Of a stretch of 64,000 bases of DNA, positions 20,063 through 29,958 are shown piece by piece (positions within the stretch are counted from its first letter, which is position 1; each line of letters starts with the position of its first letter). The notes under the pieces are model-generated. The model saw only the letters and a program-made list of their open reading frames with translations. It was not told where the DNA came from and searched no databases. A program made the translations under genes and the position numbers. This DNA is from an uncultured Chloroflexia bacterium. GTDB lineage: Bacteria; Chloroflexota; Limnocylindria; Limnocylindrales; CSP1-4. The stretch lies in contig CAVVJT010000007.1 in NCBI GenBank assembly GCA_963748625.1, forward strand, positions 128,001-192,000, given 5' to 3'.

Positions 20063-21325
20063 ATGACACAGCCCGCACCCTTCGCCGATGCCGCCGGCCG
20101 CCTCGCGATCATGGCCGGTGCCCTCCTGGACGTGGAGACCGGCGCCACGCTCCCCGATCGCGTGCTCCACATCGAGGACGGCCGGGTCGCCGCGGTAGGC
20201 AGCCTGGCCGACGGCCTGCCCGACGGCGTGCCCGTCATCGACCTTGCCGGCCTCACCGTGCTGCCCGGCTTCATCGACACCCACAGCCACCTCGTGGGCG
20301 AGGTGCAGACCGCGGGCGTGCCCGCCACGACGACCACCGGGGCGCAGGATGCGCTCCTCTCCGTGCGCAACGCCCGGGTCACCCTCGAGGCCGGCGTCAC
20401 CACCGTCCGGGACCTGGGGCCGTTCCGCGCCTTCGTGGACTGCGCACTGCGCGACACGATCAACCACGGGGAGCTCGAAGGGCCGCGGATGCAGGCCGCG
20501 GGGGCGTTCATCACCGTGCCCTGGGGCGGCGGCGACGTCGTGGGCCTGGCGCCCGACATCCGCCTCCCCGAGGAGCTCCGTTTCGGCGTGGTCCGCTCGG
20601 TGGACGATGTGCGCGAGCGCGTGCGCCGCCTGCTGATCGGGGGCGCGGACGTCATCAAGTGCATCGGCACGGGCGCGGTGCTCACGCGTGGCGGCGTCCC
20701 GGGCGCGCCCGAGCTGACCGAGGCGGAGATGCGCGCCGCCGTCGAGGAGGCGGCGCTCTACGGCGCCTACACGGCGATCCACGCCCACTCGTCCGAGGGC
20801 GCGCAGCGGGCCATCCGCGCCGGCGCCCGCTCAGTGGAGCACGGCTCGCTGATCGACGACACGACGATCGAGATGCTCGCCGACACGGGCACGTACCTGG
20901 GCGTTGACCTCTACGACGGCGAGTGGAGCCTGGAACACGGTTGGGACGAGGGCTGGCCGGCAGCCACCATGCGCAAGATGCAGATGAGCCAGGAATCGGG
21001 CGTGGAGGTGTTCCGCAAGGCGGTCGCGCGCGGCGTCCGCATCACCTACACCACCGACAGCGGCGTCTACCCGCACGAGCTGGTGGCGAAGCAGTTCGAG
21101 GTCTACGTCCGGCTGGGGATGGCGCCCCTCGCGGCGATCCGCTCTGCCACGGTGGTGGCGGCGGAGTGCCTGGGCTGGGAGGACCGCGTGGGGACCCTGG
21201 CGCCGGGACGGTTCGCCGACCTGGTGGCGGTCGAGGGTGACCCGCTGGCCGACATCACGACCCTCGAGCGGCCGGTGGTCGTGGCCAAGGGCGGCCGGCT
21301 TGCGCTGGACCTGCGGGCAACGTGA
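20063..21325 (+). CDS. Amidohydrolase (Xaa-Pro dipeptidase-like)
   Basis: LPGFIDTHSH, GADVIK, AIHAH, SVEHG, TDSG, GRFADLVAV. Confidence 0.9.
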   Translation: MTQPAPFADAAGRLAIMAGALLDVETGATLPDRVLHIEDGRVAAVGSLADGLPDGVPVIDLAGLTVLPGFIDTHSHLVGEVQTAGVPATTTTGAQDALLSVRNARVTLEAGVTTVRDLGPFRAFVDCALRDTINHGELEGPRMQAAGAFITVPWGGGDVVGLAPDIRLPEELRFGVVRSVDDVRERVRRLLIGGADVIKCIGTGAVLTRGGVPGAPELTEAEMRAAVEEAALYGAYTAIHAHSSEGAQRAIRAGARSVEHGSLIDDTTIEMLADTGTYLGVDLYDGEWSLEHGWDEGWPAATMRKMQMSQESGVEVFRKAVARGVRITYTTDSGVYPHELVAKQFEVYVRLGMAPLAAIRSATVVAAECLGWEDRVGTLAPGRFADLVAVEGDPLADITTLERPVVVAKGGRLALDLRAT

Positions 21326-21563
21326 AGGGTTCGTCCCCCGGTGCGGGTGCGCCGTGCATGGAACGCAATACATCGGCGGTGTCGCGTCGCCAGGTTGTCG
21401 CGCAAGCACGGATACAACGCGAGCGAGGACCTGACCGGACCTCTCGGGCTGCTCCGATGTCGTCGCACTGCACCTTGTGCAGCGTCTCCGCAATCCGCGC
21501 CCGATCTATTGCTTTGTCCGCATGCCCGCTGGGCCACGCCAGCGCCGTGTGGGTCTGACGCGG

Positions 21564-22319
21564 ATGCTGCTCGGGATCGACCACCTCGTCCTCGCCGTTC
21601 GGGACGTCGCAGCGGCGGAGGAGACGCTCGCGCGCAGCATCGGCCTGGCCTGCACCGGCGGCGGCCGGCACGAGGCGATGGGCACGTACAACCGCCTCGC
21701 GTTCCTGGGCGACACCTACCTCGAGCTGATCGGCGTCTTCGACCGGGCGCTGGTGGTCTCGTCCACCACGTTTGCCGTGGGCAATGCCTCGCTGGCGTTC
21801 CTGGAGTCCGGGCGGGAGGGCCTGGCCACGTTCGCGCTCGCCAGCGACGACATCGTGGCTGACGTGACCGCGCTCCGGGCGGCCGGCTCCCCGATCGGCT
21901 CACCAGTGCCCGGGTTCCGGGTCCGTCCCGATGGCGGGATCGTCCGCTGGATCACCGCCTTCCCCGAGCTGGGTCCGGGGCGCCCGCCGTTCCTCATCGA
22001 GCACGCGTACGAGGGCGCCGAGTGGGGCGCCGACGCCCGCGCGGCCCGGGCGGCGTTCCAGCACCCGGCAGGCGGCCGCGTCCGGCTGCGCGCCATGGAG
22101 CTGCCGGTGGCCGATGTGGCAGCCGCCGTGCGGGAGCACGCCGCGGTCCTGGGCCTGGACTTCGCAGGCGGGACGACACGGGTGGGCGACCAGGTCGTGG
22201 CGCTGCGGGAGGCGGGGCCAGGATCACTGCCGGTTGTGCGGCTGGCCGGCGAGGCGGGCACGCCCGCCCTGGACGAGGAGCTGCTCGGGGTCCGCTGGAT
22301 CCGCGAGGCGCGCCAGTGA
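21564..22319 (+). CDS. VOC/glyoxalase-like (Glyoxalase_3) protein
   Basis: IDHLVLAV, GGRHEAMGTYNRL, YLELI, PFLIEH. Confidence 0.8.
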   Translation: MLLGIDHLVLAVRDVAAAEETLARSIGLACTGGGRHEAMGTYNRLAFLGDTYLELIGVFDRALVVSSTTFAVGNASLAFLESGREGLATFALASDDIVADVTALRAAGSPIGSPVPGFRVRPDGGIVRWITAFPELGPGRPPFLIEHAYEGAEWGADARAARAAFQHPAGGRVRLRAMELPVADVAAAVREHAAVLGLDFAGGTTRVGDQVVALREAGPGSLPVVRLAGEAGTPALDEELLGVRWIREARQ

Positions 22320-22341
22320 CCGGGCGGGTACGCTGCGCTCC

Positions 22342-23094
22342 ATGAGCACCGGTCGCGACATCACGATGCGGACGCCGTCGGGCCGCCGCCTCACCGCCTT
22401 CCTGGCCACGCCCGACGCCCCCGAGGACGTGCCGCAGCCGGCTGTGCTCGTCGTGCACGAGATCATGGGCCTCAACGACGACATCCGGCGCATCACGCAG
22501 GTCTTCGCCGACAAGGGATACGTGGCGCTTGCCCCGGACCTCGTGGGGGCGGGGTTCAAGCCGCTGTGCATCGCACGCTTCGTGCAGGGCATGAGCAAGG
22601 CCGCCACCGGCCTCCCCTACCGCGAGATGGCCGCGTTCCAGGACTGGCTGGGCCGCCAACCCTACGTGGATGCCGACCGGATCGGGATGGCGGGCTTCTG
22701 TGCGGGCGGCGGCTTCGCGATCCTCTACGCGTCCAAGGGCGACCTGCCGCTGCGGGCGATCGCGCCGTTCTACGGGATGCTGCCGGCCGACGAGTCGATC
22801 ATCCCGGCCCTCTGCCCGACAGTCGCCTCGTACGGTGGCCGGGACGGGACCACCGCGGGCGTCCCCGAGCGCCTGGAGGCCGGCCTGGCCGACGCCGGCA
22901 TCGCGCACGATGTCAAGGTCTACCCCGATGCCGGGCACTCCTTCATGAGCCCGCACGGCGGCCTGCTCGGCGCGGTCGGCCCCCGCACGCCCATGCACGC
23001 GGGCTTCAACGACGCCGCGTCCGCCGACGCCTGGCGCCGGGTCCTCGCGTTCTTCGGCGAGCACCTCGCGCCGCGGGCGGCCAGCGAGGCTTGA
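22342..23094 (+). CDS. Dienelactone hydrolase family protein
   Basis: VHEIMGLN, GFCAGG nucleophile elbow, YPDAGHSF. Confidence 0.9.
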   Translation: MSTGRDITMRTPSGRRLTAFLATPDAPEDVPQPAVLVVHEIMGLNDDIRRITQVFADKGYVALAPDLVGAGFKPLCIARFVQGMSKAATGLPYREMAAFQDWLGRQPYVDADRIGMAGFCAGGGFAILYASKGDLPLRAIAPFYGMLPADESIIPALCPTVASYGGRDGTTAGVPERLEAGLADAGIAHDVKVYPDAGHSFMSPHGGLLGAVGPRTPMHAGFNDAASADAWRRVLAFFGEHLAPRAASEA

Positions 23095-23121
23095 AGCCGG
23101 CGGCCCTCCGCCCTCGTCTCC

Positions 23122-23814
23122 CTAGGCGACCTTGCGCACGCGCACCGCACCCGGTCGTGTGGCCACGGCCACGAGGATGCGGTAGGCCAGCAGGAACGTC
23201 ACGGTGACGGCCGCGCCCAGGTAGAGCGCCTGGGCCCATGGCTCCGAGGCATCGGAGCCGGCGGCCAGCCCGTGCGCGGTGGCGCCCACGAACGCGAGGA
23301 AGGTCGTGTAGTGGAGCGCACGCCAGGCCCGCTGGCCGAGATGCCGGCGCACGTAGAACGACCCGATCACCAGCGCCGCGAGGTAGAAGGCGACTTGCCC
23401 GGCGGCCACCGCGAGTGGTGCGTGGGGCGCCAGCCCGGGCACCAGGACCTGCGCGATCGTGAAGGGCACCGTGTGGTCGAGCACGAGGATGACGCCGTGG
23501 ACCGCCGCCAGGGCGACCCCGATCGCCGCGAGGTCCTGGTGGAGGCTGAACGTGATCGGGCGGTGGGCGATGACATCGAGGATCCTCGTGGACAGCAGCA
23601 GCCCGTACACGACCGAGCCCGTCAGCGCGAGATAGGCCCCGAACCCGAGCACGCGCTCAACGAGCCACACCAGCGCCTGGCGGTTGGCGTCCCAGGCGGC
23701 GGCCAGGTCCGCGATCGCCGCGGGCGCCGTCGCGCCGATCACCATGCCGACAGCGATCGCGGCCAGTCCCCACCGCGCCACCGATGTGCGCGGATTCAGG
23801 CCGCGAAAGATCAT
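23122..23814 (-). CDS. Ferric reductase-like / MsrQ-like heme b membrane protein
   Basis: Multiple TM helices; His pairs LHQDL...AVH and WRALHY...TAH. Confidence 0.8.
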   Translation of the reverse strand: MIFRGLNPRTSVARWGLAAIAVGMVIGATAPAAIADLAAAWDANRQALVWLVERVLGFGAYLALTGSVVYGLLLSTRILDVIAHRPITFSLHQDLAAIGVALAAVHGVILVLDHTVPFTIAQVLVPGLAPHAPLAVAAGQVAFYLAALVIGSFYVRRHLGQRAWRALHYTTFLAFVGATAHGLAAGSDASEPWAQALYLGAAVTVTFLLAYRILVAVATRPGAVRVRKVA

Positions 23815-24731
23815 CCCAGCCACTGCAGCAACCCCGGGGTGGCGCGGATCTCACCGTCCGCTGTGACGAGGACGGCGCCGTGGACGCCGGCCCGATCGAG
23901 AAGCTCGAAGGCGCGCTCCGAGCCCGCGATGACAGCGGCCTTGGCCCACACCTCGGCCGTGCGCGCGGAGTCGGCGAGCACGGTGGCCTGGACCACGTCC
24001 GTCGCGGCCGGGCGTGCGGTCGCAGGGTCGATCAGGTGATGGGCGACGTCCTCGCCGTGCCGCCAGCGGTGGACCGTGGTGCCTGACGTGGCCAGGCCGA
24101 GGACGCGGGCCGCTCCCTCACCTCCGCTCAGGTGGATCACCAGCAGGTCGTTGTCGGGCGATCGGGGATCCGCCACGCCAACCCCGAAGGCGTCGCCCGG
24201 CGCGACGCGGACGGCGATGTCGCCGTCCCCGTCCACCAGCACTGAGCGTCCCGGCGTCATGGCCAGGGCCCTGTCCGCGAGCCAGCCCTTGGCGACGCCA
24301 TCGAGGTCGAGCCGGACGCCCGGCGTCCTGTGGACCTCAGCCCCGCGTGCGCTGCGGGTCATCGACCACCGCCGCGCTGCCGCGACGCGTGGTGCGGGAT
24401 CGGTGCCCTCCTCCGCCGCCAGCCGGGCGTCGAGCAACGCGACATCCACCAGGCCGTCCGTGGCCGACTCGGCCGCGCGGGCCCAGTCGAGCACCGCTGA
24501 CAGCGTGGGTCGCACGGTGACCGCCTCGCCGGGATCGGCGTTGAGCCGGGCCAGCTCGGAGTCCGGATCGAACCGCGTGAGGATCTGCGCCCACGCCCCG
24601 ATCCTGTCGAGCGTCCGCTCCGCTGCCGCCTCGAGACGGCCGGCCGGCGCGTCGTCGGTGAGGTGGACGGACACCCGGCCCCCCAGCATCGTCCGGGTGG
24701 CGCCGGCGGTGCTCGCCATGGCCTGGGTCAC
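23811..24731 (-). CDS. apbE: FAD:protein FMN transferase (ApbE family)
   Basis: LTRFDPDSELARLN, LDLDGVAKGWLAD, DGDGDI, ATSG, HHLIDPAT; no signal peptide visible. Confidence 0.88.
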   Translation of the reverse strand: MTQAMASTAGATRTMLGGRVSVHLTDDAPAGRLEAAAERTLDRIGAWAQILTRFDPDSELARLNADPGEAVTVRPTLSAVLDWARAAESATDGLVDVALLDARLAAEEGTDPAPRVAAARRWSMTRSARGAEVHRTPGVRLDLDGVAKGWLADRALAMTPGRSVLVDGDGDIAVRVAPGDAFGVGVADPRSPDNDLLVIHLSGGEGAARVLGLATSGTTVHRWRHGEDVAHHLIDPATARPAATDVVQATVLADSARTAEVWAKAAVIAGSERAFELLDRAGVHGAVLVTADGEIRATPGLLQWLG

Positions 24732-25138
24732 GGCTTTCCGCCTGACTGGCGGGTGCGGGTGACCACCTTCGTCTTGACGATGGGCGTCGGCTGCGGCTGG
24801 GCCTGCGTCGCGGCGCCGGGGGGCGGTGTCTGGCCGGGCTCCAGCACGACATACCGGGTCACCTTGCGCACGGGAGCCGTCACGACGGGCAGCGCCTCGC
24901 CGGGCAGCGCCGCCGCGGTGGTCACGATGCCACCCGGGGCCGCGGCGGCCTGCGGGACGATCGACGGGGCCATCGCGGCGGTGAGCGCGGACACGGTCGC
25001 GATGCCGGCCATCCCCAGCATCAGGCGCATCGGGTTGGCGTTCGGGCGCGTGCGCGTCGTCACGGGGGTGGAGGGCCTGGCGGCGGTGGAAGGCCTGGCG
25101 GCGGAGGACCGGGCGGCGGTGTCGTGCGGGCGGCGCAT
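24728..25138 (-). CDS. Hypothetical membrane-anchored protein, Pro/Thr-rich, ending TRTRQSGGKP
   Basis: Translationally coupled to both neighbours; single hydrophobic segment. Confidence 0.65.
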   Translation of the reverse strand: MRRPHDTAARSSAARPSTAARPSTPVTTRTRPNANPMRLMLGMAGIATVSALTAAMAPSIVPQAAAAPGGIVTTAAALPGEALPVVTAPVRKVTRYVVLEPGQTPPPGAATQAQPQPTPIVKTKVVTRTRQSGGKP

Positions 25139-25440
25139 CAGTCGTCGTCCCCCTCGTGCTCACCCTCGTGCTCGTCGTCGTCGCCCCCGGCGGACGAACC
25201 GCCGACCACCGTGTTCACGATCACTTCCGGCGTCGCCTGCGGGCTGAGGTAGACGGTGTCGACCTGGACCGGGTCTGTGGCGGCCGGCGTATCCGTCGCA
25301 GCTGCTGACTCGAGCGGCAGGTCCACAGCCTGGGCGTCGGCAGCGGGCCCGGCAGGCCCGAAGCCGGCGACCGTGAGGCCCGCGGCCAGCACAAGCGCGG
25401 CGACGAGCGAGGCCGCGAGGAGCGCAATGCGGTTGATCAT
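25138..25440 (-). CDS. Small secreted protein with acidic His-containing tail (DDDEHEGEHEGDDD)
   Basis: Signal-like N-terminus MINRIALLAASLVAALVL; stop overlaps the next start. Confidence 0.65.
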   Translation of the reverse strand: MINRIALLAASLVAALVLAAGLTVAGFGPAGPAADAQAVDLPLESAAATDTPAATDPVQVDTVYLSPQATPEVIVNTVVGGSSAGGDDDEHEGEHEGDDD

Positions 25441-25581
25441 GGGGGGAGGTCTCCGAGGCGGTGGTGATACCGCGATGCTCGGATGGCAGCCCCCTGCACG
25501 CCCTATGGCGAACATGAGAAGTTCCACAGACGATGCCCGCGGCCCTATCCACGCGAGCGGGACCACCGCACAATCGCCGCC

Positions 25582-26256
25582 ATGCGCGTCCTCGTGGTGG
25601 AAGACGAACCGAAGATGGCGGCCCTCGTCCGCCGGGTCCTGGTGGCCGAGCGCCACGTGGTCGAGATCGCCCCGGACGGCGTGACGGCTGTGGCCCTCGC
25701 GGCCGACGGCGGGTTCGACGTGATCGTGCTGGACCGCATGCTGCCGGACATCGACGGGCTCACCGTGGTGCGCCTGCTGCGGGCGAAGCAGGTCGCGACG
25801 CCGGTCCTCATGCTGACGGCGCTCGGTGGCGTCGACGACCGGGTGGGCGGCCTTGACGCGGGGGCGGACGACTACCTCGCAAAGCCGTTCGCATTCTCGG
25901 AGCTCCTCGCCCGGATCCGGGCCCTGGGCCGGCGCCCGGCGCCGCAGGGCGACGCACGCATGGCCGCTGGCGACCTCGTCCTCGACGAGCTCCGCCACGT
26001 CGCCCAGGTCGGCGAGCACACCGTGGACCTCTCGGCGCGCGAGTTCGCCCTCCTCGGCTTCTTCATCCGGCACGCCAACCAGGTCGTCACCCGCCAGCAG
26101 ATCCTGGACCAGGTGTGGGGCGCCGAGCCTGACGTGTACTCCAACGTGGTGGACCTGTACGTGTCCTACCTGCGGCGCAAGCTCGGGGAGCTGGACCGGG
26201 CAGGCCGCCTCAAGACGGTGCGCGGCGTCGGTTACACGCTCAAGAGCGAGGGCTGA
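25582..26256 (+). CDS. OmpR-family response regulator
   Basis: VVEDE, LDRMLP, GADDYLAKPF, KTVRGVGY. Confidence 0.95.
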   Translation: MRVLVVEDEPKMAALVRRVLVAERHVVEIAPDGVTAVALAADGGFDVIVLDRMLPDIDGLTVVRLLRAKQVATPVLMLTALGGVDDRVGGLDAGADDYLAKPFAFSELLARIRALGRRPAPQGDARMAAGDLVLDELRHVAQVGEHTVDLSAREFALLGFFIRHANQVVTRQQILDQVWGAEPDVYSNVVDLYVSYLRRKLGELDRAGRLKTVRGVGYTLKSEG

Positions 26257-26258
26257 GG

Positions 26259-27539
26259 GTGGCGCTGACATCCACCGATCGCCTGCTGCGGACGACCCAG
26301 CGCCGCCTGTTCGCGGTCACGCTGCTGCTCCTTGCCCTGCTGGTCGTGGGGGTCGGGGCGGCGACCCTGGTGGTCGGCACCTCCGCGCTCGACGCGAACG
26401 TGGATGCCGCCCTGGAGACCGCAGTGGCTGCCCAGGTGGCGGCGCTCGGGGGCGAGCTGCCCGAGGGCGACGACGACGGCGAGCACCCCGACGAGGGTCC
26501 GGCCGTCGCGGACACGATCCTTCTGGTGCTCGACGCCGCGGGCAGCACCGTGCAGGTCCGCGGCACGCTGCCACCGGGCCTGCCGGTCACCGATGCCATT
26601 GCCGCATCCACCGACGGCGACGACTGGCGGACGGTCGAGGCGGGTGGCTCCGACCTGCGCCTGCTCACGGTGCCCCTGCTCCATGACGACGAGATCGTGG
26701 GCTACATCCAGGCCGGCTTCGACCTCGGCCTCCACGAGGCGCAGACGCGCAGCCTGACGATCGCCGTGCTCACCATCGGAGGGCTCGGGCTGCTCGCGGC
26801 AGCGCTGATCACGCTCCTTGTCACGTCGCGTGCGCTGGTCCCGATCCGCGAGGGGTTCGAGGCCCAGCGGCGCTTCGTCGCCGACGCCTCCCACGAGCTG
26901 CGGACCCCGGCCGCGCTGATCCGGGCCAATGCCGAGGTCCTCGAACGCGAGGGCCTGGTCGCGGGGGACGGCCGGGAGCTCGTGGCCGACATCATCGGCG
27001 AGGCCGACCGGCTCGGCGGCCTTGTCGGCGACATGCTCCAGCTCGCCGCCTGGGACGACACGTCGATGGCGATCACACCTGTCGACCTTGACGTGGCCGA
27101 GGTCGCCCGCGACACGGCCAGGGGTGCGAGCGCCCTTGCCGCGGAGCGCGGCGTGCGGATGGCGGTCGATGCGCCGGGGCCGGCGACCGCCAGCGCCGAT
27201 CGCGCGAGGCTCGTGCAGCTCCTGCTCATCCTGGTCGACAACGCCATCGACCACTCGCCCGCCGGCGGGACGGTGCGGGTCGCCGTCCGGCCCTCCGGCC
27301 AGGCCGTGGTGGTCACGGTCGAGGACGACGGGCCGGGCATCCCCGAGGCGGATCGGGCGCGCGTGTTCGAGCCGTTCACGCGGCTGCCGGGCACGACGCG
27401 GCACGGCTCGGGAGGGACGGGGCTGGGGCTGGCGATCGCGCGGCGGATCACCGACGCGCACGGGGCCCGGATCGAGGCCGGCGCATCGCCGGGGGGAGGG
27501 GCCCGCATGACGGTGACCCTGACGGCCCGGGGCGCGTGA
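26259..27539 (+). CDS. Membrane sensor histidine kinase
   Basis: Two TM helices, DASHELRTP H-box, DNAIDH, DDGPG, GTGLGLAI. Confidence 0.95.
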   Translation: MALTSTDRLLRTTQRRLFAVTLLLLALLVVGVGAATLVVGTSALDANVDAALETAVAAQVAALGGELPEGDDDGEHPDEGPAVADTILLVLDAAGSTVQVRGTLPPGLPVTDAIAASTDGDDWRTVEAGGSDLRLLTVPLLHDDEIVGYIQAGFDLGLHEAQTRSLTIAVLTIGGLGLLAAALITLLVTSRALVPIREGFEAQRRFVADASHELRTPAALIRANAEVLEREGLVAGDGRELVADIIGEADRLGGLVGDMLQLAAWDDTSMAITPVDLDVAEVARDTARGASALAAERGVRMAVDAPGPATASADRARLVQLLLILVDNAIDHSPAGGTVRVAVRPSGQAVVVTVEDDGPGIPEADRARVFEPFTRLPGTTRHGSGGTGLGLAIARRITDAHGARIEAGASPGGGARMTVTLTARGA

Positions 27540-27842
27540 TCTAGTGTCCCGATTCGCTGGTCGCTGGCGGCGTGCGGACCGCCGCTCCGGGTCCTGTCTC
27601 CGTCCGGGTCCTGGCGCCGTCCGGCTGCGCGCCGGACGGCCACACGGTGCGGCCGGAGCGCTCGATGCGCGGCTGGTGCGCAGGTCGTGCCCTCGGGACC
27701 CTGGCGGAGCGCACGGGCGGAGCACGGGGCGCACATCCCGCGACGTCACCGCTCCGTGTGCGCGCCGGATGCGCACGGCAGCAGCCGTCGTGGGCGACGC
27801 CCGGCACGGCGGGGTGTCCGCCGGGCATTGGCGGCACGCGAA

Positions 27843-28247
27843 CTAGTCGACGACGATCCGGACGCTGTTCGAGCCGTCGTCCACCTCGAGGATCGGACCC
27901 TTCATCCCGGAGCGCAACGCGTCCTTGACGCTGTCCACCTGGTCGGCCGACAGGCCTGGCACACGGTCGAGGGCGTACCGCCCGATGGAGACGGGCAGCC
28001 GGAGCTGCACGACCTGGCGGCCTGCCTCCCGGATCTCCAGGCGCAGCGAGCCGCCCGATCCCTCGGCGGCCCTGGAGGCGGGGTCCGGGGCCTCACCCGA
28101 TGCGGTGCGAGGGCCGCCCTGCGCAGCAGGGGCGCCCTTCCGCACCGGTGCGTCCTCGAGCGCGGCCAGGATGGGTGCCGCCTCCTCGGCCGTGAGGCGG
28201 CCCTCGGCCACGAGGCGCAGGACCTCGTCGAGCGGATCAGCGGCCAT
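27843..28247 (-). CDS. Hypothetical protein with N-terminal SHOCT-like helix
   Basis: EVLRLVAEGRLTAEEAAPILAAL; coupled to the upstream gene. Confidence 0.7.
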   Translation of the reverse strand: MAADPLDEVLRLVAEGRLTAEEAAPILAALEDAPVRKGAPAAQGGPRTASGEAPDPASRAAEGSGGSLRLEIREAGRQVVQLRLPVSIGRYALDRVPGLSADQVDSVKDALRSGMKGPILEVDDGSNSVRIVVD

Positions 28248-29391
28248 CAGCACCACCCCCGGAAGGCACGCGGTCCCGCGTCCTCGAGGATCTCGAGGCG
28301 GTGCGACGCCGTCTCGACGTCCATCTCGCCACGCTCGAGGGCGCGGAGCACCTCCAGGCGGGCGGCCTCGCGCCGGTCCGACACGGGGGTCTCGCCGTCA
28401 TGGGCGGGCGCCGTGGCACGGACGAGGTTCGGGACCGCCTCCGCCTCGGCGACGACGACCGGAGGCGCAGGCGCAACCGGCGGTATGACGGGCGCCACCG
28501 CCGCGACGGCCTTGGGCGCAGGCGCCCGGCCTCGGCGATGACGGCCTTGGGCGCAGGCGCCCCGGCCTCGGCGATGACGGCCTTGGGCGCAGGCGCCCCG
28601 GCCTCGGCAACGAGCGACCACACGCGGACATCGCCCGATGTCGTGCTCACGGCAAGGACGGCCGCTCCGTCGCCCACGATCACCGTGCGGCTGCCCCGCC
28701 CGCCCTCGGTCCGGTGCGGCCCCTCCACCTTGACGTCACCGGTGATCGAGTGGGTCTCGACCCGGACGGACGAGTCCGTCTCGATGTCCACGTCGCCGGA
28801 CACGTTCGAGACGGTGTGCCGGGCACCCGCCGCGAGCGCCGCGACCAGGTGCACGTCGCCGCTGGTGGTCGTGATGGCCGAGCCCTCGAGTCGGGGAGCC
28901 CGCACCCGGACATCGCCGGAGACCGTCCGCACGGTGAGGCCCAGCGGGACCGAGGCGCGCACGGTGGCATCGCCGGACATGGTGTCGATCGCCACGGGGC
29001 CCGCGTCCACCGCGACCGTGATGTCACCGCTGGCGGAGTTCCAGCGGCTGGCGCCGCCGATCCCCTCGGCGACAACGTCGCCCGACAACGTCCGGCACAC
29101 GATCGCGATGCTGCGTGGCACGTCGATGTCGAGGCCGGAGACACCTCGCAGGCGCAGGTGCACCGGGCCGAGCCTGAACGAGCCTTCACCGTCCCGGATC
29201 CGGACGCGGCCGGGCTCCGTCTCGATGGTGACCTCGTCGTCGATCGGGCGCCCGTTGCGGGTCCGCAGGACGACCTGGTCCGCGTCGGTGCCGCGAATCC
29301 TGAGGTCCGAGCTGGACAGCAGGACCTCCACGGTTCCGCCCACCTCGATGGGGATCTCGCGGACGTCAAGGGCGCGGGCGATATCGGTCAT
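28247..29391 (-). CDS. DUF4097 beta-strand repeat (adhesin-like) protein with SHOCT-like C-terminus; 1-bp frameshift near 28526
   Basis: Repeated T/S-x-SGD-V/I motifs; C-terminal RLEVLRALERGEMDVETASHRL lies in another frame (ORF 28247-28621). Confidence 0.8.
28505..28608. repeat. 36-bp coding tandem repeat (AEAGAPAPKAVI) x3, one copy missing a C
   Basis: gcctcggcgatgacggccttgggcgcaggcgccccg repeated; ggcgcccgg versus ggcgccccgg. Confidence 0.9.
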
Positions 29392-29810
29392 CGGATCCTC
29401 CCCAGTGCGCGGATGGCCTCAGCGGCCTCCTCGGCGCTCAGCTCGTGACGGGCCAGCCGCTCGAGGACATCCCGGCGGGCGGCGGTGATCTCCTCTGGCG
29501 AGGCGGGCGTGCTGGTGGCTCCGGGCGCCTCTGCCTCGTCGCGCGGGCCGAAGCCCAGGGCGCGGACCAGGGCCTCCACCCGCACCCTGACGGTCGGGTA
29601 GCTGATCGCGAGCTCCCGCTCCATGTCGCGCAGGTTGCCGCGACTCCGCAGGAAGCTCTCGAGCACGACGGTCTGCTCCCGGGTGAGCCGGGCGAACCGC
29701 CCGACCCCGAACTCGCCCTCGATGGTGGTGCCGCAGTCGCCGCAGCGCAGCCGGGTGACCGCAAGCTCGCCCGTGCAGACCGGGCAGGTGGCGATGACGT
29801 CATGTGGCAT
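29388..29810 (-). CDS. DUF2089 Zn-ribbon/HTH protein
   Basis: CPVC...CGDC, RSRGNLRDMERELAISYPTVR. Confidence 0.88.
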   Translation of the reverse strand: MPHDVIATCPVCTGELAVTRLRCGDCGTTIEGEFGVGRFARLTREQTVVLESFLRSRGNLRDMERELAISYPTVRVRVEALVRALGFGPRDEAEAPGATSTPASPEEITAARRDVLERLARHELSAEEAAEAIRALGRIR

Positions 29811-29819
29811 GAGGGCAAT

Positions 29820-29885
29820 CCTCGTATGTAGCAAAGTGACTTTCGTATTTCTAAACTGCTCTTTCTCTTTTGTCAACCCTTTTCT
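29820..29885 (-). promoter_or_regulatory. AT-rich putative sigma70 promoter and operator for the DUF2089 operon
   Basis: TTGACA on minus strand (tgtcaa near 29870), TAGAAA 17 bp downstream, palindrome aaagtgacttt 29833-29843. Confidence 0.55.
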
Positions 29886-29958
29886 TGAGCCTAACGGCCG
29901 GTGCCCTGTCCACCGGGCTGCGGTACGCTGGCCTCCGCCACCCGAAGGAGTGCCCACG

